From assembly GCA_003602475.1 (NCBI GenBank), contig QQSC01000010.1, positions 20,374 to 84,373 of the forward strand: a DNA stretch of 64,000 nt. The letters are read 5' to 3'. Source of the stretch: Candidatus Poseidoniales archaeon. Its GTDB lineage: Archaea; Thermoplasmatota; Poseidoniia; Poseidoniales; Poseidoniaceae. A model generated the notes under the pieces. The model was given only the letters and a program-made list of their open reading frames with translations. It had not been told where the DNA came from and did no database searches. The position numbers were made by a program, and so were the translations under genes. How positions within the stretch are numbered: the first letter of the stretch is position 1; each line of letters starts with the position of its first letter. This document shows positions 44,376 to 59,100 of the stretch, piece by piece.

Positions 44376-45727
44376 TTCGGCGGTGGAAGGGACCACCACA
44401 CCACCAACTCTTCGGGTGTCGACGGAATGGGGCAACCTTCGTGGCCGCTGGTGAGAATTTCGAGCCGGTGATTGACATCATGAACGGCTTTTGTCAAGGT
44501 CGGTGACAGCGCTTTTCCTTCCTCTACATGAAGGACATCCCCCATGGCTTGTTTCCATGGCGCCCCAGGGTTCGCTCGTCGCCATGAAGCAAGCGTGCTG
44601 CGAAGCGGCCACATTGCAAGTGTCAACCGTGCGAAACCCAACCGCTCGTCTCGAAGCTTGAACAATTGAGCGTCTGAGAAAGGAACGTGGTTCTGCTGCT
44701 TGTGAATCCAGTTCTCGTTGAGCAACCACCGCACGAGCCGTTGCGTATGGCGCTGTGTGACAACCCGGACCGGTCCCAAGGACGTGTACAAACGCGGCAC
44801 TTCTGATGACCCCACCATCAGCGAAAGGGTGCCGAGGATGGACCATACAGAGTGAGCCAATGGCGTCAAGGGGACGTCGTTGGCTTCTGCAGAAGCGGTT
44901 GGCCAATGCTGCTGGGCATCCTCCATCCACTGCGAGGGTGAGGCGCCGCCCAACCAGCCCACGTGGAGGGCCGTGCGTTCTTGTGGGGCGCCGGGCAGTC
45001 GCTGTTGCTTCTTGACCTCATGGACCAGGCGGTTGAGCAAATGTCGGTCCACTGCGTCTCTGTCGACGTTGAGGGGGTCGGGTTTGCGGTTGAAGAAGCG
45101 TCGCAATTCCTTACGAAGGGCGCGTTTGAGTTCATCGAGCCCCCCTTCGTTCATGATGGGGCCCACCACGTGACATCGGTCAAACGGTGATGGGACATGG
45201 CCTCCTTCAGAAAACAAGGCGTGGAATCCAGCACGGATGGTGGTTTGAATTTCCTGCGTTTCAAAATATTCTTGCTTCTCGCTGCTCATTCGCAGGGTCC
45301 CGCTGTTGATTCGGCGCATGGCTTTGGCAGGGTCACAATCGATCCAAAAAACGAGGTCGGGAATCATGGCTGCAGCGTTCATGTTGGCCACCTGTTGCGG
45401 TCCCAAATCACCCACCACGCCCTGATAGATGATCGAGGAGTGTATGTTTCGGTCCGAGACAACAACGGTCCCAGCCTCGAGCAGCGGTCGGATGAACGTG
45501 TGGGAGTGGTCCAATCGATCGGCAGCGAACAGACCGGCCTCCTCGAGGGGGGTTTTGTTGCCGAGTTTGACCGAAGAAAGCGCCAGCTTTCCCAGTTCAC
45601 TGTGGCGTCGAGGTTCGTGGGTCATGACCACGTCGGGAAAGGCGAAATCATGGAGCAGTTCGCCAAGAATCCGGGCTGCTTCACCCTTGCCTGACCCGTC
45701 GCCTCCCTCCACGGTGATGAGGTACAT
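44360..45727 (-). CDS. tmk: thymidylate kinase fused to ~240-aa C-terminal domain of unknown function
   Basis: MYLITVEGGDGSGKGEAARIL is the P-loop. THEPRR, FAADRLDH and VVSDRNIHSSIIYQG are dTMP kinase landmarks and occupy the first ~215 aa. The remaining ~240 aa are Trp/Arg-rich with no motif I recognise. Confidence 0.85.
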   Translation of the reverse strand: MYLITVEGGDGSGKGEAARILGELLHDFAFPDVVMTHEPRRHSELGKLALSSVKLGNKTPLEEAGLFAADRLDHSHTFIRPLLEAGTVVVSDRNIHSSIIYQGVVGDLGPQQVANMNAAAMIPDLVFWIDCDPAKAMRRINSGTLRMSSEKQEYFETQEIQTTIRAGFHALFSEGGHVPSPFDRCHVVGPIMNEGGLDELKRALRKELRRFFNRKPDPLNVDRDAVDRHLLNRLVHEVKKQQRLPGAPQERTALHVGWLGGASPSQWMEDAQQHWPTASAEANDVPLTPLAHSVWSILGTLSLMVGSSEVPRLYTSLGPVRVVTQRHTQRLVRWLLNENWIHKQQNHVPFSDAQLFKLRDERLGFARLTLAMWPLRSTLASWRRANPGAPWKQAMGDVLHVEEGKALSPTLTKAVHDVNHRLEILTSGHEGCPIPSTPEELVVWWSLPPPNHSDS

Positions 45728-45729
45728 GT

Positions 45730-46587
45730 TCAGTCCTCGCGCATGTCGTTGTAATCTTCTCTCGCAAGGACATTGACAACCATGCCGGCGACGATGAGTG
45801 TTGGTCCGATGATGATCAGCCCTCTGCTAAGCAAGGCCACACCTGCCAGGTATTGAGAACGACGATAGTGAACTCCTCGCCGGGTTTCGATGGCGGATTG
45901 AATACCCGCAAACGCAGTGATGATGGTGAGGAATCCAATGATGCTGGACAGGCTAACAGCGTTGTCGAGGCTCCAGCCGTCCGACGTGGTGCCCTCAGAT
46001 TCGGTGTTGATGCCTTCACCGACCTTCATGGTCACTGGGCGGAGTTCAACCCTGTCGGGCGTGAACGTCCGTTTGACCGTAACATAGCCGTCTTCCATCA
46101 CCACCAAAAGATGGACTTCATTGGCCATGTTATCGAAAGTAAAGTACCCGTCTTGATTGGTTTGAACGGTTTGGAGAAGCGCTTCTGAGTCAGCGTCTCT
46201 CAACTCAACGGTGGCGTTGGCCAAACCGTGCCCGTCATCATCAAGAAGAACCAATCCGGTGATGCTGACGGAGGCTTGGTCTTCGAACAGTGAGGTGCTC
46301 AACAGTTCGGAAGGATTTCCTTGCAAGATCAGCGCACCGCTGATGATTCCCAAGATGCTTCCCACCATGATCAGTCCTGCAGCCATGTTCCGCCATCGGT
46401 CAATGTCACGGTCTTGCATGGCCAGCCAATCGTTCTCAGCTTCGACTTCTTCTATTTGCTCGATCACCATCAACTCGCTGTCGTCGACAACCAGGTCGTC
46501 TTCGTGGCTGTTGGCCTCTCGTTGAGCACCGAGCCGCGCCTGGACGCGGGAACGAAGAGCCGACATACGTTCCTCTCGTTCATCCAT
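45730..46587 (-). CDS. membrane protein with carboxypeptidase-regulatory-like (CarboxypepD_reg) beta-sandwich domain
   Basis: GLANATVELRDADSEALLQTVQTNQDGYFTFDNM is typical of the CarboxypepD_reg fold. TM helices flank it and the N-terminus is acidic. Its stop lies 2 nt before the tmk start. Confidence 0.65.
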   Translation of the reverse strand: MDEREERMSALRSRVQARLGAQREANSHEDDLVVDDSELMVIEQIEEVEAENDWLAMQDRDIDRWRNMAAGLIMVGSILGIISGALILQGNPSELLSTSLFEDQASVSITGLVLLDDDGHGLANATVELRDADSEALLQTVQTNQDGYFTFDNMANEVHLLVVMEDGYVTVKRTFTPDRVELRPVTMKVGEGINTESEGTTSDGWSLDNAVSLSSIIGFLTIITAFAGIQSAIETRRGVHYRRSQYLAGVALLSRGLIIIGPTLIVAGMVVNVLAREDYNDMRED

Positions 46588-46658
46588 TGCGCCAGCACCC
46601 CCCTTCGTTGAAGCGAGGTCGTGCGCGGATAAGACCCCTTTCCTTGCTCATCGCGTGG

Positions 46659-47846
46659 TTAGGACTTCCTTAACAGCCATTCCGTGAAGGCGATAAGGCC
46701 GAGCACCAAACCCAACCCGAGGCCCGCAAGTACGGCCAAACCTGTGTTTTGGGCCGAATCCGGAGTGGTCGGTTCGACCACCGCGACTTCCTCTTCCACT
46801 TGAGGTGTTTCAACGGGAGGTTCAAGGTCCAAGAAGGCTTGAGTGCGCAAGCCAAGTTCCACCAAGCGGCCCACCCGTTCGAGGGAACTGGCACTGACCT
46901 TGTCCGGTGTGTCTTCCATGGTGTGCCAATAGGTGCCGAAGGTGCCAATTTTTTTCTCACCGTACACGGGATCCATGATGTTCACGCTGGGGATCCCAAG
47001 TGCCAAAGGATGGACATGGTCATCCAAGACAGCGGTTGAGACGTTGTATTGCATGATGTTGAGACCTGGTGTGCCGTCGCAGCCTTCCTCGCCAGCGATC
47101 AACCCCAACGCTCCTCCCAAGACCACAAGTCGTTGTTTGAGGGTGCTGTTGCCCGGTTCAATGTTGTGGAGCTGCAGGTCAGCATCGCCGACCATGTCCA
47201 ACAACACAAATGCAGCGATGTTTTCAATTTCATCTGCACTGAGAGTCTCTGACCACGCCTCTGCGCCTTCCGTGTAATTTTCATTTTGATCTTCAGCGTC
47301 GTTGAAGAAGAGGGTAACGGAGTGATTGAGGTTCAGCGACGGCACGATATCAATGAATTCCATCAGGATCGCTGTGCCGCTTGCGCCATCGTTGGCTCCG
47401 GGGACCGCAAGGGTCGTGTTGGTTTGGTTTGAGTCCTGATCAGCTTTGTTTCTTGAATCGTAATGGGCGCTCAGCACCAGCATTGGCTGACCTGGTCCGC
47501 CGTTGCCGGTGTGGGTGAGGAACAGGTTTGTGAGGGTGATGTTGTGCCGAGTATGGACGGAAGTGTCAACGGTCCATCCGTTCTCTTGCCCTTGTTGGGA
47601 AATGATGTTCCGCAGGTCAGCGGAGGCGTTTGAACCGGGGATTCTCGGTCCAAGGTTCACCTGGTCGCTCACCGAACGGTTGGCTTCGTCACCATCGAAC
47701 ACGAGATTCTCGGTTGCATCGCAGACCTCACTTCGCAGCATAAACGAGGAGTCCGAGTCGGCGGATTGAGCGAACGCCGATGTTCCTGTAAAGGCCAGCA
47801 ACAGCACCGCAGCGAGTGTGTTGAGGCGGACAAGGCGGTGAGCCAT
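46659..47846 (-). CDS. M28-family aminopeptidase, exported, C-terminal membrane anchor
   Basis: A signal peptide (LLLAFTGTSAFAQS) is present. VLSAHYDSR, VPGANDGASGTAILMEF, FFNDAEDQ and LLDMVG are M28 zinc-ligand blocks. The C-terminus GLAVLAGLGLGLVLGLIAF is a TM anchor. Confidence 0.9.
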   Translation of the reverse strand: MAHRLVRLNTLAAVLLLAFTGTSAFAQSADSDSSFMLRSEVCDATENLVFDGDEANRSVSDQVNLGPRIPGSNASADLRNIISQQGQENGWTVDTSVHTRHNITLTNLFLTHTGNGGPGQPMLVLSAHYDSRNKADQDSNQTNTTLAVPGANDGASGTAILMEFIDIVPSLNLNHSVTLFFNDAEDQNENYTEGAEAWSETLSADEIENIAAFVLLDMVGDADLQLHNIEPGNSTLKQRLVVLGGALGLIAGEEGCDGTPGLNIMQYNVSTAVLDDHVHPLALGIPSVNIMDPVYGEKKIGTFGTYWHTMEDTPDKVSASSLERVGRLVELGLRTQAFLDLEPPVETPQVEEEVAVVEPTTPDSAQNTGLAVLAGLGLGLVLGLIAFTEWLLRKS

Positions 47847-47865
47847 GTTGATGCCTTCACCACGG

Positions 47866-47900
47866 ACTCTTAAATACCTCCTTTTCTTTCGTTAAATTGG
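47866..47900. promoter_or_regulatory. divergent promoter region with two TATA-like boxes
   Basis: cttaaata (47868..47875) reads TATTTAAG on the minus strand and lies 22-29 nt upstream of the M28 ATG at 47846. gttaaatt (47891..47898) lies 34-41 nt upstream of the ATG at 47932. This rests on sequence pattern only. Confidence 0.3.
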
Positions 47901-47931
47901 AATCTACCCCACGATTCCTACGGTGACACCA

Positions 47932-50900
47932 ATGTCGGAACAACGCTCCACTCCCGCCTTGCTTCTGGCCCTTGTCATGGTGGTGACCGTTCTCTCACCA
48001 CTGGTGGCTGCATCCGGTGACGAACAATCCGGATCCACGGAGCAGGCTTACGATGCTGAAACCGGCCTTATTGTCGGTGATTTGAGTGATTTCGACCCCT
48101 CCGACGGTGCGGATTATCTTTTCATCCACGAGGCAGAACCCGTGGTTTCAGCAACGGGATTCATGCGACAAGCATGGATCGACGCAGGGCGCCCCGGTGT
48201 TGACGACATGAAATACGAGCCGGTCACCTCTGGCCGCTCGGCCCGTTCCTGTACTCCGCACACCGTGGGTGACACGCTCACTTCCAACACCGCCGATGGC
48301 ACAAAAAATGTCTACGTTGCAAAGACCACCAACTCCGTTGCCTTCCTCGTGGAATCTGGACGAACCCTCTCATCCACGGTTCTCAACAATCTTGCCAGCA
48401 CCTGGGACACCACCATTTACCCAACGATGACCACCTACTACGGCAAGGATTACCAAGACGGGCGTGGATTGGCTCCTCCCGATGTCGACAACAACTGCCA
48501 AGTCCAAATCGTCGTGTATCAAATGGACGGGGCTTACGGAACCGGTGGTTACTTTGCGCCCTCCTATTCCTCATCAAGAGAAGCCGTCTTTGTCGATTTT
48601 GCAGACATCACCCTCAGTTGGGGCAAGTCAATTCTCGCTCACGAATTGCAACACTTGCTTCACAACGCTCTGGACCCGTACGAGAACTTGTGGATCGACG
48701 AAGGCAATGCCGATGTTGCAATATACCTCTGCTTTGGTGCCGATTCCACCCTTACTGGACACGTCAATGCGTGGACAGGAAGTCCTGAACAGTCGGTTCG
48801 ATGGTGGAATCAACGTATCGCAGATTACGGTGCGGGCTACATGTTCACCATGTACCTCGCCGAACATTTGGGTGGAGGGCCTGCTGTCCGCCAATTGGTG
48901 CAGGACTCCGCCACCGGTGGACTGGGTGTGGAAAACCTCGCCCTTTCACCTCAAGCCGGTCAGGTCGGACTTTTGGGAAGAACAATGGGCGAAATTTATG
49001 CCAATTTCAGCATCGCTGCAACACTGGATTCGGATCAAGGAATTTACGGATACCCCAGCTTAACTTTGAATCCTGTTTGCTCTGGAGGAAGTTTCTGTAC
49101 TGCGCAACCCACCGAAATCAACAGCGATTGGTCTTCGCCTTGGTCGTCGACTGGCAACACCCTCGAAGGCTGGGGTCTTCGCTCGTTCAAATTTACACCG
49201 GGTTCAGCGTCTGCTGCACCGCTCACAATCAGAGCAACAGCCGACGTGTCGCAATTCGACGGCGTTGTTGTCACCAAATCCACCATCGATGGTTTGTGGT
49301 CCGCTACGGACCTGAATTTTGTCAACAACGTGGCCACGGCATTGGTCCCCGGTTTTGGCAACTTGACCGATGAAGTCTACGTCATCACCTGGTATGCCAG
49401 CACCGTCGCCGATTGCGATTACACCTCCTGCGGCCCCAGCTACCCGACCGGGATTGTGGATGTGGAGGCGGCCCGAATCACTTCTCCCGCCACCCTTGCA
49501 CTCAACACCACCGCTCTCTCAGACCGAGACGGAGACGGCCTTGATGACACGGTCATGATCAGTTACGGTGTGTTGTCGAATGCGTTCTTTGAAGACTTGG
49601 ATGTCAACATTCTCGTCACGGACAGCTCTGGCAACAACGTGGACACGATCACCGATCGCATCGCTGCAGGAGGCGGCCAAGAAGTCACCAGTGAGGTGTA
49701 CTTTACCGCCCCACAAGCCGGACAGTACAATTTCAACCTCGTCATGAACGATATGTTGGGTGCTGTGGTTGATTCGGCTCAGACTCCACCCCAAATACTG
49801 GGGAACATGAAACCTGTCGCCAACGGTACTGTGGCCTCGGGTGCGGTTCAAACATGGGAAAACATTCAGTTCCTCGGCGACGGTTTTGACGCTTGGGGCT
49901 TGTCACTGGACAACAATTCACTCCCTTACTTCGATTTGCCCACAGCGTATGCTTGGACATTCGGCGACAACGGTTCTTCGAACCTTAAGTCTCCGTTGCG
50001 CTCCTACACCTCGGTGGGCGCCTTCAACGCCACCCTGCGGGTGATGGACCAAGGAGGAACCTGGTCGGATACCGACGTGCACGTTGTCAACGTGACGGAC
50101 GCTTCTGCCCCGGTGCCAATCGTGACCGTGAACAACGTTGTCATCGACAACGAGATCACCTTGCTGACCGATCAGCGCATCCTTTTCTCGGCAGGCCGAA
50201 CCGTTGACAACGTGCCTACGGAAGAACTCAACTTCCAATGGGATTGGGGCGACGGGTCAACGGACGGTGGAGTGGGAATGTACGCCGCACAGCACGAATG
50301 GGGTGAAGTTGATGGAGAGAACACGACCTACAACCTTACGCTTGAAGTCTCAGATGGCTACAACGTGGGCCAAAAAACCATTCTGGTCAACGTTAACAAT
50401 CGAGTTCCCGTTCAAATCTTTTCTGAAACCTTGACCACTCAAACCTACACCACTTTGGTCATGCCGGATGTGTTCATTGACCAAGACGGTGAACTCGTGG
50501 CTTACGACTGGACGTTTACTGACGGTGCCCGCTTGGGTACAGGGACGCCCACCAGGAGCGATGAATTCTCAACGGTCACCAGCGCACAAGCCAATCCTAT
50601 ACTGGCTTGGGATACCCCGGGTAACAAGACGGTCAGCCTTACCGTGACTGACGACGATGGAAGCCAAATGACGGCCCTGTTGAACGTGGTGGTTCTCAAC
50701 CAACTTCCATTTGCAGCGTTTGATGTTCGAACCTCCTCAGCTTTGGGCTCATCAGATATTGACTTCCGTGAAACCGACGGTGAGGTTGATGAGGCGTATG
50801 TTTTCGATGGCCGACTTAGCATGGATCCCGATGGAACAATTGGCGATTCAACGGACATCGCTGTTTGGAATTGGACATTCTCCGATGGTACCTTCGGTGA

Positions 50901-52134
50901 CAGGCCGCAAATGACTCACACCTTCACAACGCCTGGTGAGCACAGTGTGACCCTTGTCGTCTTTGACTCGTTTGGTGAAGCCAGTTTCCCACGTACCATG
51001 GCCGTACGAATTGCCAACCCCTTGCCCCTGATCGATGTGAGGATTCTTGATGGTTGGATCAACGGCTCTCTCGTGACATCCACAACAGCGCTTCCTGAAG
51101 GGACAGAGCCGGACATGTGGTCTCACACCTTCAGCGAAGATGGTGATGTGGTGACAGCACCAGGGAGATTGTTGTTCTTTGATTCCTCGGGTACCCGAGA
51201 CGGCGATCGACAATTCGAGGGACGGTACGTGCCCTTTGAATCCAGCTCCCCTGAATGGAACGGTCTTGTGGAGTACACGTGGGATTTTGGCGACGCCACA
51301 CCTCTCAACCATGAGGCTCATCCACGGCACGCTTACACGCTACCTGGGGCCTACACGGTCACACTGACCGTTCGTGACGCTTTCGGAACGGGGGACGTTA
51401 CTCGTGCCTCCTTTGGTGTGATGGTCGACCATCCACCTTCAATCAACGAGATCTTCCTCACCGACAGCATTTACACCACCATCTCATCCTCCTACGATGC
51501 CAACATCACCGATATGGAATTCGGGAGCACGCTTGAGGTGTACAGGGATTTGGACGTGAACGATGGATCCATACTTGAACGGGACGAACGGATTTCAAAC
51601 GAATACACCGTTCGATGGGAATTTGATATTGAAACGGATCAAGACAACGATGGCGACCCAGCCAACGATTGGGTGGGTACCACGGCAGGGTCGATGGAAC
51701 GGGCGATCCATGTTTACGATGAAACCGGCTTTTACACCCTGATGGTTCAGGTCTGCGATGGGATGGGTCAATGCACTGAATTGACCGCTGACGTCGAGGT
51801 TGTACCAGAGCCTGAGGGTCCACCGTCGCTTTCGGAGTTCAGCGCTGAAGAGTGGCGGTCATGGGCAGCGGATGCTGGGTCTGAAATGGCAACATTTGCC
51901 GTTCTCATCGTTGTTGCCCTCGTGCTTGGGTGGTTGGTTATGCGAGAAAACACCGAACTCGAGGATGAAGCCAAGGAAGCGGCTGAAACCTACACCGATG
52001 TGGAAATGGTTGAAGCCCAAGGCGGATTGCTGGGCATGGATCACCACCAACCCCCACCTGCTCCGAAGATTCTCTCCAAGGAAGAACGACGCAGCGACGA
52101 CAGTGGGTACGTGCGTCCGTTGCGCCGACGTTGA
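47932..52134 (+). CDS. giant exported zinc metalloprotease (HExxH gluzincin-like) with five PKD-like repeats and C-terminal membrane anchor
   Basis: The signal peptide is ALLLALVMVVTVLSPLVAASG. ILAHELQHLLHN (HELQH at 48640..48654) is followed by LWIDEGNAD. PKD signatures are WTFGDNG (~49951), WDWGDGS (~50240), WTFTDGA (~50510), WTFSDGT (~50870) and WDFGDAT (~51280). The C-terminal TM is FAVLIVVALVLGWLVM, followed by a basic tail. GTG 47923 is an alternative start. Confidence 0.9.
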   Translation: MSEQRSTPALLLALVMVVTVLSPLVAASGDEQSGSTEQAYDAETGLIVGDLSDFDPSDGADYLFIHEAEPVVSATGFMRQAWIDAGRPGVDDMKYEPVTSGRSARSCTPHTVGDTLTSNTADGTKNVYVAKTTNSVAFLVESGRTLSSTVLNNLASTWDTTIYPTMTTYYGKDYQDGRGLAPPDVDNNCQVQIVVYQMDGAYGTGGYFAPSYSSSREAVFVDFADITLSWGKSILAHELQHLLHNALDPYENLWIDEGNADVAIYLCFGADSTLTGHVNAWTGSPEQSVRWWNQRIADYGAGYMFTMYLAEHLGGGPAVRQLVQDSATGGLGVENLALSPQAGQVGLLGRTMGEIYANFSIAATLDSDQGIYGYPSLTLNPVCSGGSFCTAQPTEINSDWSSPWSSTGNTLEGWGLRSFKFTPGSASAAPLTIRATADVSQFDGVVVTKSTIDGLWSATDLNFVNNVATALVPGFGNLTDEVYVITWYASTVADCDYTSCGPSYPTGIVDVEAARITSPATLALNTTALSDRDGDGLDDTVMISYGVLSNAFFEDLDVNILVTDSSGNNVDTITDRIAAGGGQEVTSEVYFTAPQAGQYNFNLVMNDMLGAVVDSAQTPPQILGNMKPVANGTVASGAVQTWENIQFLGDGFDAWGLSLDNNSLPYFDLPTAYAWTFGDNGSSNLKSPLRSYTSVGAFNATLRVMDQGGTWSDTDVHVVNVTDASAPVPIVTVNNVVIDNEITLLTDQRILFSAGRTVDNVPTEELNFQWDWGDGSTDGGVGMYAAQHEWGEVDGENTTYNLTLEVSDGYNVGQKTILVNVNNRVPVQIFSETLTTQTYTTLVMPDVFIDQDGELVAYDWTFTDGARLGTGTPTRSDEFSTVTSAQANPILAWDTPGNKTVSLTVTDDDGSQMTALLNVVVLNQLPFAAFDVRTSSALGSSDIDFRETDGEVDEAYVFDGRLSMDPDGTIGDSTDIAVWNWTFSDGTFGDRPQMTHTFTTPGEHSVTLVVFDSFGEASFPRTMAVRIANPLPLIDVRILDGWINGSLVTSTTALPEGTEPDMWSHTFSEDGDVVTAPGRLLFFDSSGTRDGDRQFEGRYVPFESSSPEWNGLVEYTWDFGDATPLNHEAHPRHAYTLPGAYTVTLTVRDAFGTGDVTRASFGVMVDHPPSINEIFLTDSIYTTISSSYDANITDMEFGSTLEVYRDLDVNDGSILERDERISNEYTVRWEFDIETDQDNDGDPANDWVGTTAGSMERAIHVYDETGFYTLMVQVCDGMGQCTELTADVEVVPEPEGPPSLSEFSAEEWRSWAADAGSEMATFAVLIVVALVLGWLVMRENTELEDEAKEAAETYTDVEMVEAQGGLLGMDHHQPPPAPKILSKEERRSDDSGYVRPLRRR

Positions 52135-52183
52135 AGGCGACATGACCTAATACCGTCTTCACCACCTTCTAATCGGCGAGAGC

Positions 52184-53221
52184 ATGCGTGTACACTCCTG
52201 GTTGCTTGCCCTTCTTGTTGTGGCAACCGCTCTCAGCAGTGTGGCGTCTCCCATTGAACACGTCCAGGCCGCAGGTGGTTGTGACGGTGAAGTTGTGCCG
52301 GTCGATTGGAACCAAACCGTCCAACGCCACGCTATGGTACCCTTTGACACAGGCATGTATTATTACGACGATTTCGAAGGCCAAGGATTTGATGATGAAG
52401 GTGAAGGCGACGGCGGTGGGAGTTCCACAGCGAACGATGAATCACACGACGATTCATTGCACCCCGAGGAAGCTTGGATGCACGCTCCAACATGGCCACT
52501 CAATGCGTTGGATCCGCTGGAGGAGGGCATCTACACGACCATGCAAATTGGCAACGACAGTTCTGGCGCGTTGCGAATGAATCTATCAAGCACCCATCGC
52601 ACCACCGTTTGCGTGAACTTGTTTTCCCAAGTTGGCAATGCATCGATACCGGCGACGGCTGATGTGTACCTCATGACAACGGCACAATACGAGCGTTACG
52701 AGATACATTACGACACGCTGCACAATTCATGGGGCTACTGGGGGAACTTCAACGACATTGATGAGGCATTAAGTGAGGTGCCTCCAGAGTGGCGCAGCGT
52801 TACACCGAACGGTTGGAAGAGTTACAGGGACGTCCATGAATACGAACAAATCACGGATGTCACTTTTTCAGTGGCTCTTGACGCTCCTGAGATTTACGAT
52901 TCGCTTCTGGGCGATGCGAACTGGCAAGACTTTTACCTCGTTGTGGACAATTGGGACAACGGGCATGACGGTGATCAAACTGCCTCCTCCTCGGTGGTGG
53001 TCGCTGAGGTGAGCATCATCCCCACCGAGCGCTCCCTTGTTCTCCCTACATGGAGCGTCCCACTGGTGTTTTTCGCCGCCATGGCGGTCTTGGTAGCCGC
53101 TCCATTCATCTTGAACAAACGGTACATGGAGGCTGGGATGGTTGGTGTAGACGCTCCAAAGAACATCCCGTTGATGACACAGACGTCCGCTTTGGCGGGT
53201 CGTCATGGGGAAGAAGAATAA
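52184..53221 (+). CDS. exported hypothetical protein with acidic linker and C-terminal membrane anchor
   Basis: The signal peptide is WLLALLVVATALSSVASP. An acidic Gly-rich stretch (DDFEGQGFDDEGEGDGGG) follows. The C-terminal TM is VPLVFFAAMAVLVAAPFIL. I recognise no family. Confidence 0.6.
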   Translation: MRVHSWLLALLVVATALSSVASPIEHVQAAGGCDGEVVPVDWNQTVQRHAMVPFDTGMYYYDDFEGQGFDDEGEGDGGGSSTANDESHDDSLHPEEAWMHAPTWPLNALDPLEEGIYTTMQIGNDSSGALRMNLSSTHRTTVCVNLFSQVGNASIPATADVYLMTTAQYERYEIHYDTLHNSWGYWGNFNDIDEALSEVPPEWRSVTPNGWKSYRDVHEYEQITDVTFSVALDAPEIYDSLLGDANWQDFYLVVDNWDNGHDGDQTASSSVVVAEVSIIPTERSLVLPTWSVPLVFFAAMAVLVAAPFILNKRYMEAGMVGVDAPKNIPLMTQTSALAGRHGEEE

Positions 53222-53222
53222 T

Positions 53223-54020
53223 TCAGTATTCCATCAAGGTCCAAGCGCGCTTAAGGTCGCGGACGTTGACCAAACCCTTGTTTGAGAGTTTGAATTCACT
53301 GCGAAGGGTGGTGTAGACCAGAGCTTGCCCGAGGGCCGGTGCATGGAGGCGGCCCCAATCTCCGCCGTTGCCCAACGCCATGAGGGCGTAAAGGAGAGGG
53401 GTGTTCTTGAGGTCGTAGCATGCTTCGACGATTTGCAGAGCGTCTTGATGGTCGTTGACGGTGCCGCAGAACTTGAAAATGGTGTCTTCTGTTGAATGTT
53501 CTTTGACCATCTCAACGAGTTCTTCGGCGCTTGGGGTTGTCGTGGTGTTGTGGATGGAGGCGATGATGTTCACGCCGTTGGCCTTGGCCATTTCGAGCAA
53601 AGCCGTACGCTTTGATGCCTCGATTGACAGTTCAAGGTCAATGGAGTTCACTTTGGAGGCGATGGCCGATTCCAAAATGGCCAAGCGCTCATCCTCCGAG
53701 CCGGGGAAGTGGCCACCTTCTGTGACCGGGCGAACGGTGAAAATCACAGGCAGAGGAATGCTTTCTTTCAGGGTGCTGATGGCTTCGTTGGCGTCGACTT
53801 CAGTGGCCTCTTTGACGTGCCATTCGTCGTCTGGAGCCATGACGTGCTTGATCTCCCCGTTTTCGTCTTCCTGGGCCTCGGGTTGGGGCTTGATGAGGTA
53901 AAGTCTGTCAAACCGAACTTCGACGAATTCAGCACCAGCGATGTTCGCTCTGGCCGCTTCATCGCCCATTTCTTTCACGGTGGTTCCTTCAAGGGTCACA
54001 CACACTTTCGGTTCAGCCAT
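53223..54020 (-). CDS. aroD: 3-dehydroquinate dehydratase, type I
   Basis: VCVTLEGTTVKEM ... AEFVEVRFD, IFTVRP, IIASIHN and FKFCG parallel type I DHQase blocks. The call is moderately confident and made by eye. Confidence 0.8.
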   Translation of the reverse strand: MAEPKVCVTLEGTTVKEMGDEAARANIAGAEFVEVRFDRLYLIKPQPEAQEDENGEIKHVMAPDDEWHVKEATEVDANEAISTLKESIPLPVIFTVRPVTEGGHFPGSEDERLAILESAIASKVNSIDLELSIEASKRTALLEMAKANGVNIIASIHNTTTTPSAEELVEMVKEHSTEDTIFKFCGTVNDHQDALQIVEACYDLKNTPLLYALMALGNGGDWGRLHAPALGQALVYTTLRSEFKLSNKGLVNVRDLKRAWTLMEY

Positions 54021-54194
54021 GTCGTCCCCACCTGCGACTTCCTCTTAACGCTCACGCCTCGTTTCATGGGACAGGACTGACATGTTTGGTGTATGTTTGA
54101 ACCAAAGTTGGCCACGGGTTCTCTGCTGTCAAAACCGGCCGTCGAAAAAGGGGCTAAAATGCGACGCTATGTAGCGATTTTGGGGGGGCGGTTA

Positions 54195-54210
54195 GGGTAT
54201 GTTTATACCC
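54195..54210. promoter_or_regulatory. palindrome GGGTATGTTTATACCC containing a TTTATA box, upstream of gyrB
   Basis: 6-bp inverted arms flank GTTT, and TTTATA matches the archaeal TATA core. It is preceded by a G7 run (54183..54189) and lies ~115 nt upstream of the gyrB ATG. Confidence 0.25.
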
Positions 54211-54235
54211 CCTCGCACAGAGTCTCTATTGATGA

Positions 54236-58991
<4,756 letters not shown>

Positions 58992-59100
58992 ATCTTCGCC
59001 TTGATTCAGAACTTCGGTATCATCTGGACGAAGCGACGCCTTCAAACGGTATGGCAGGCCGTGTGGAGGTGCTGGGCTCTTCTTCCCAGCAGGTGATGGT

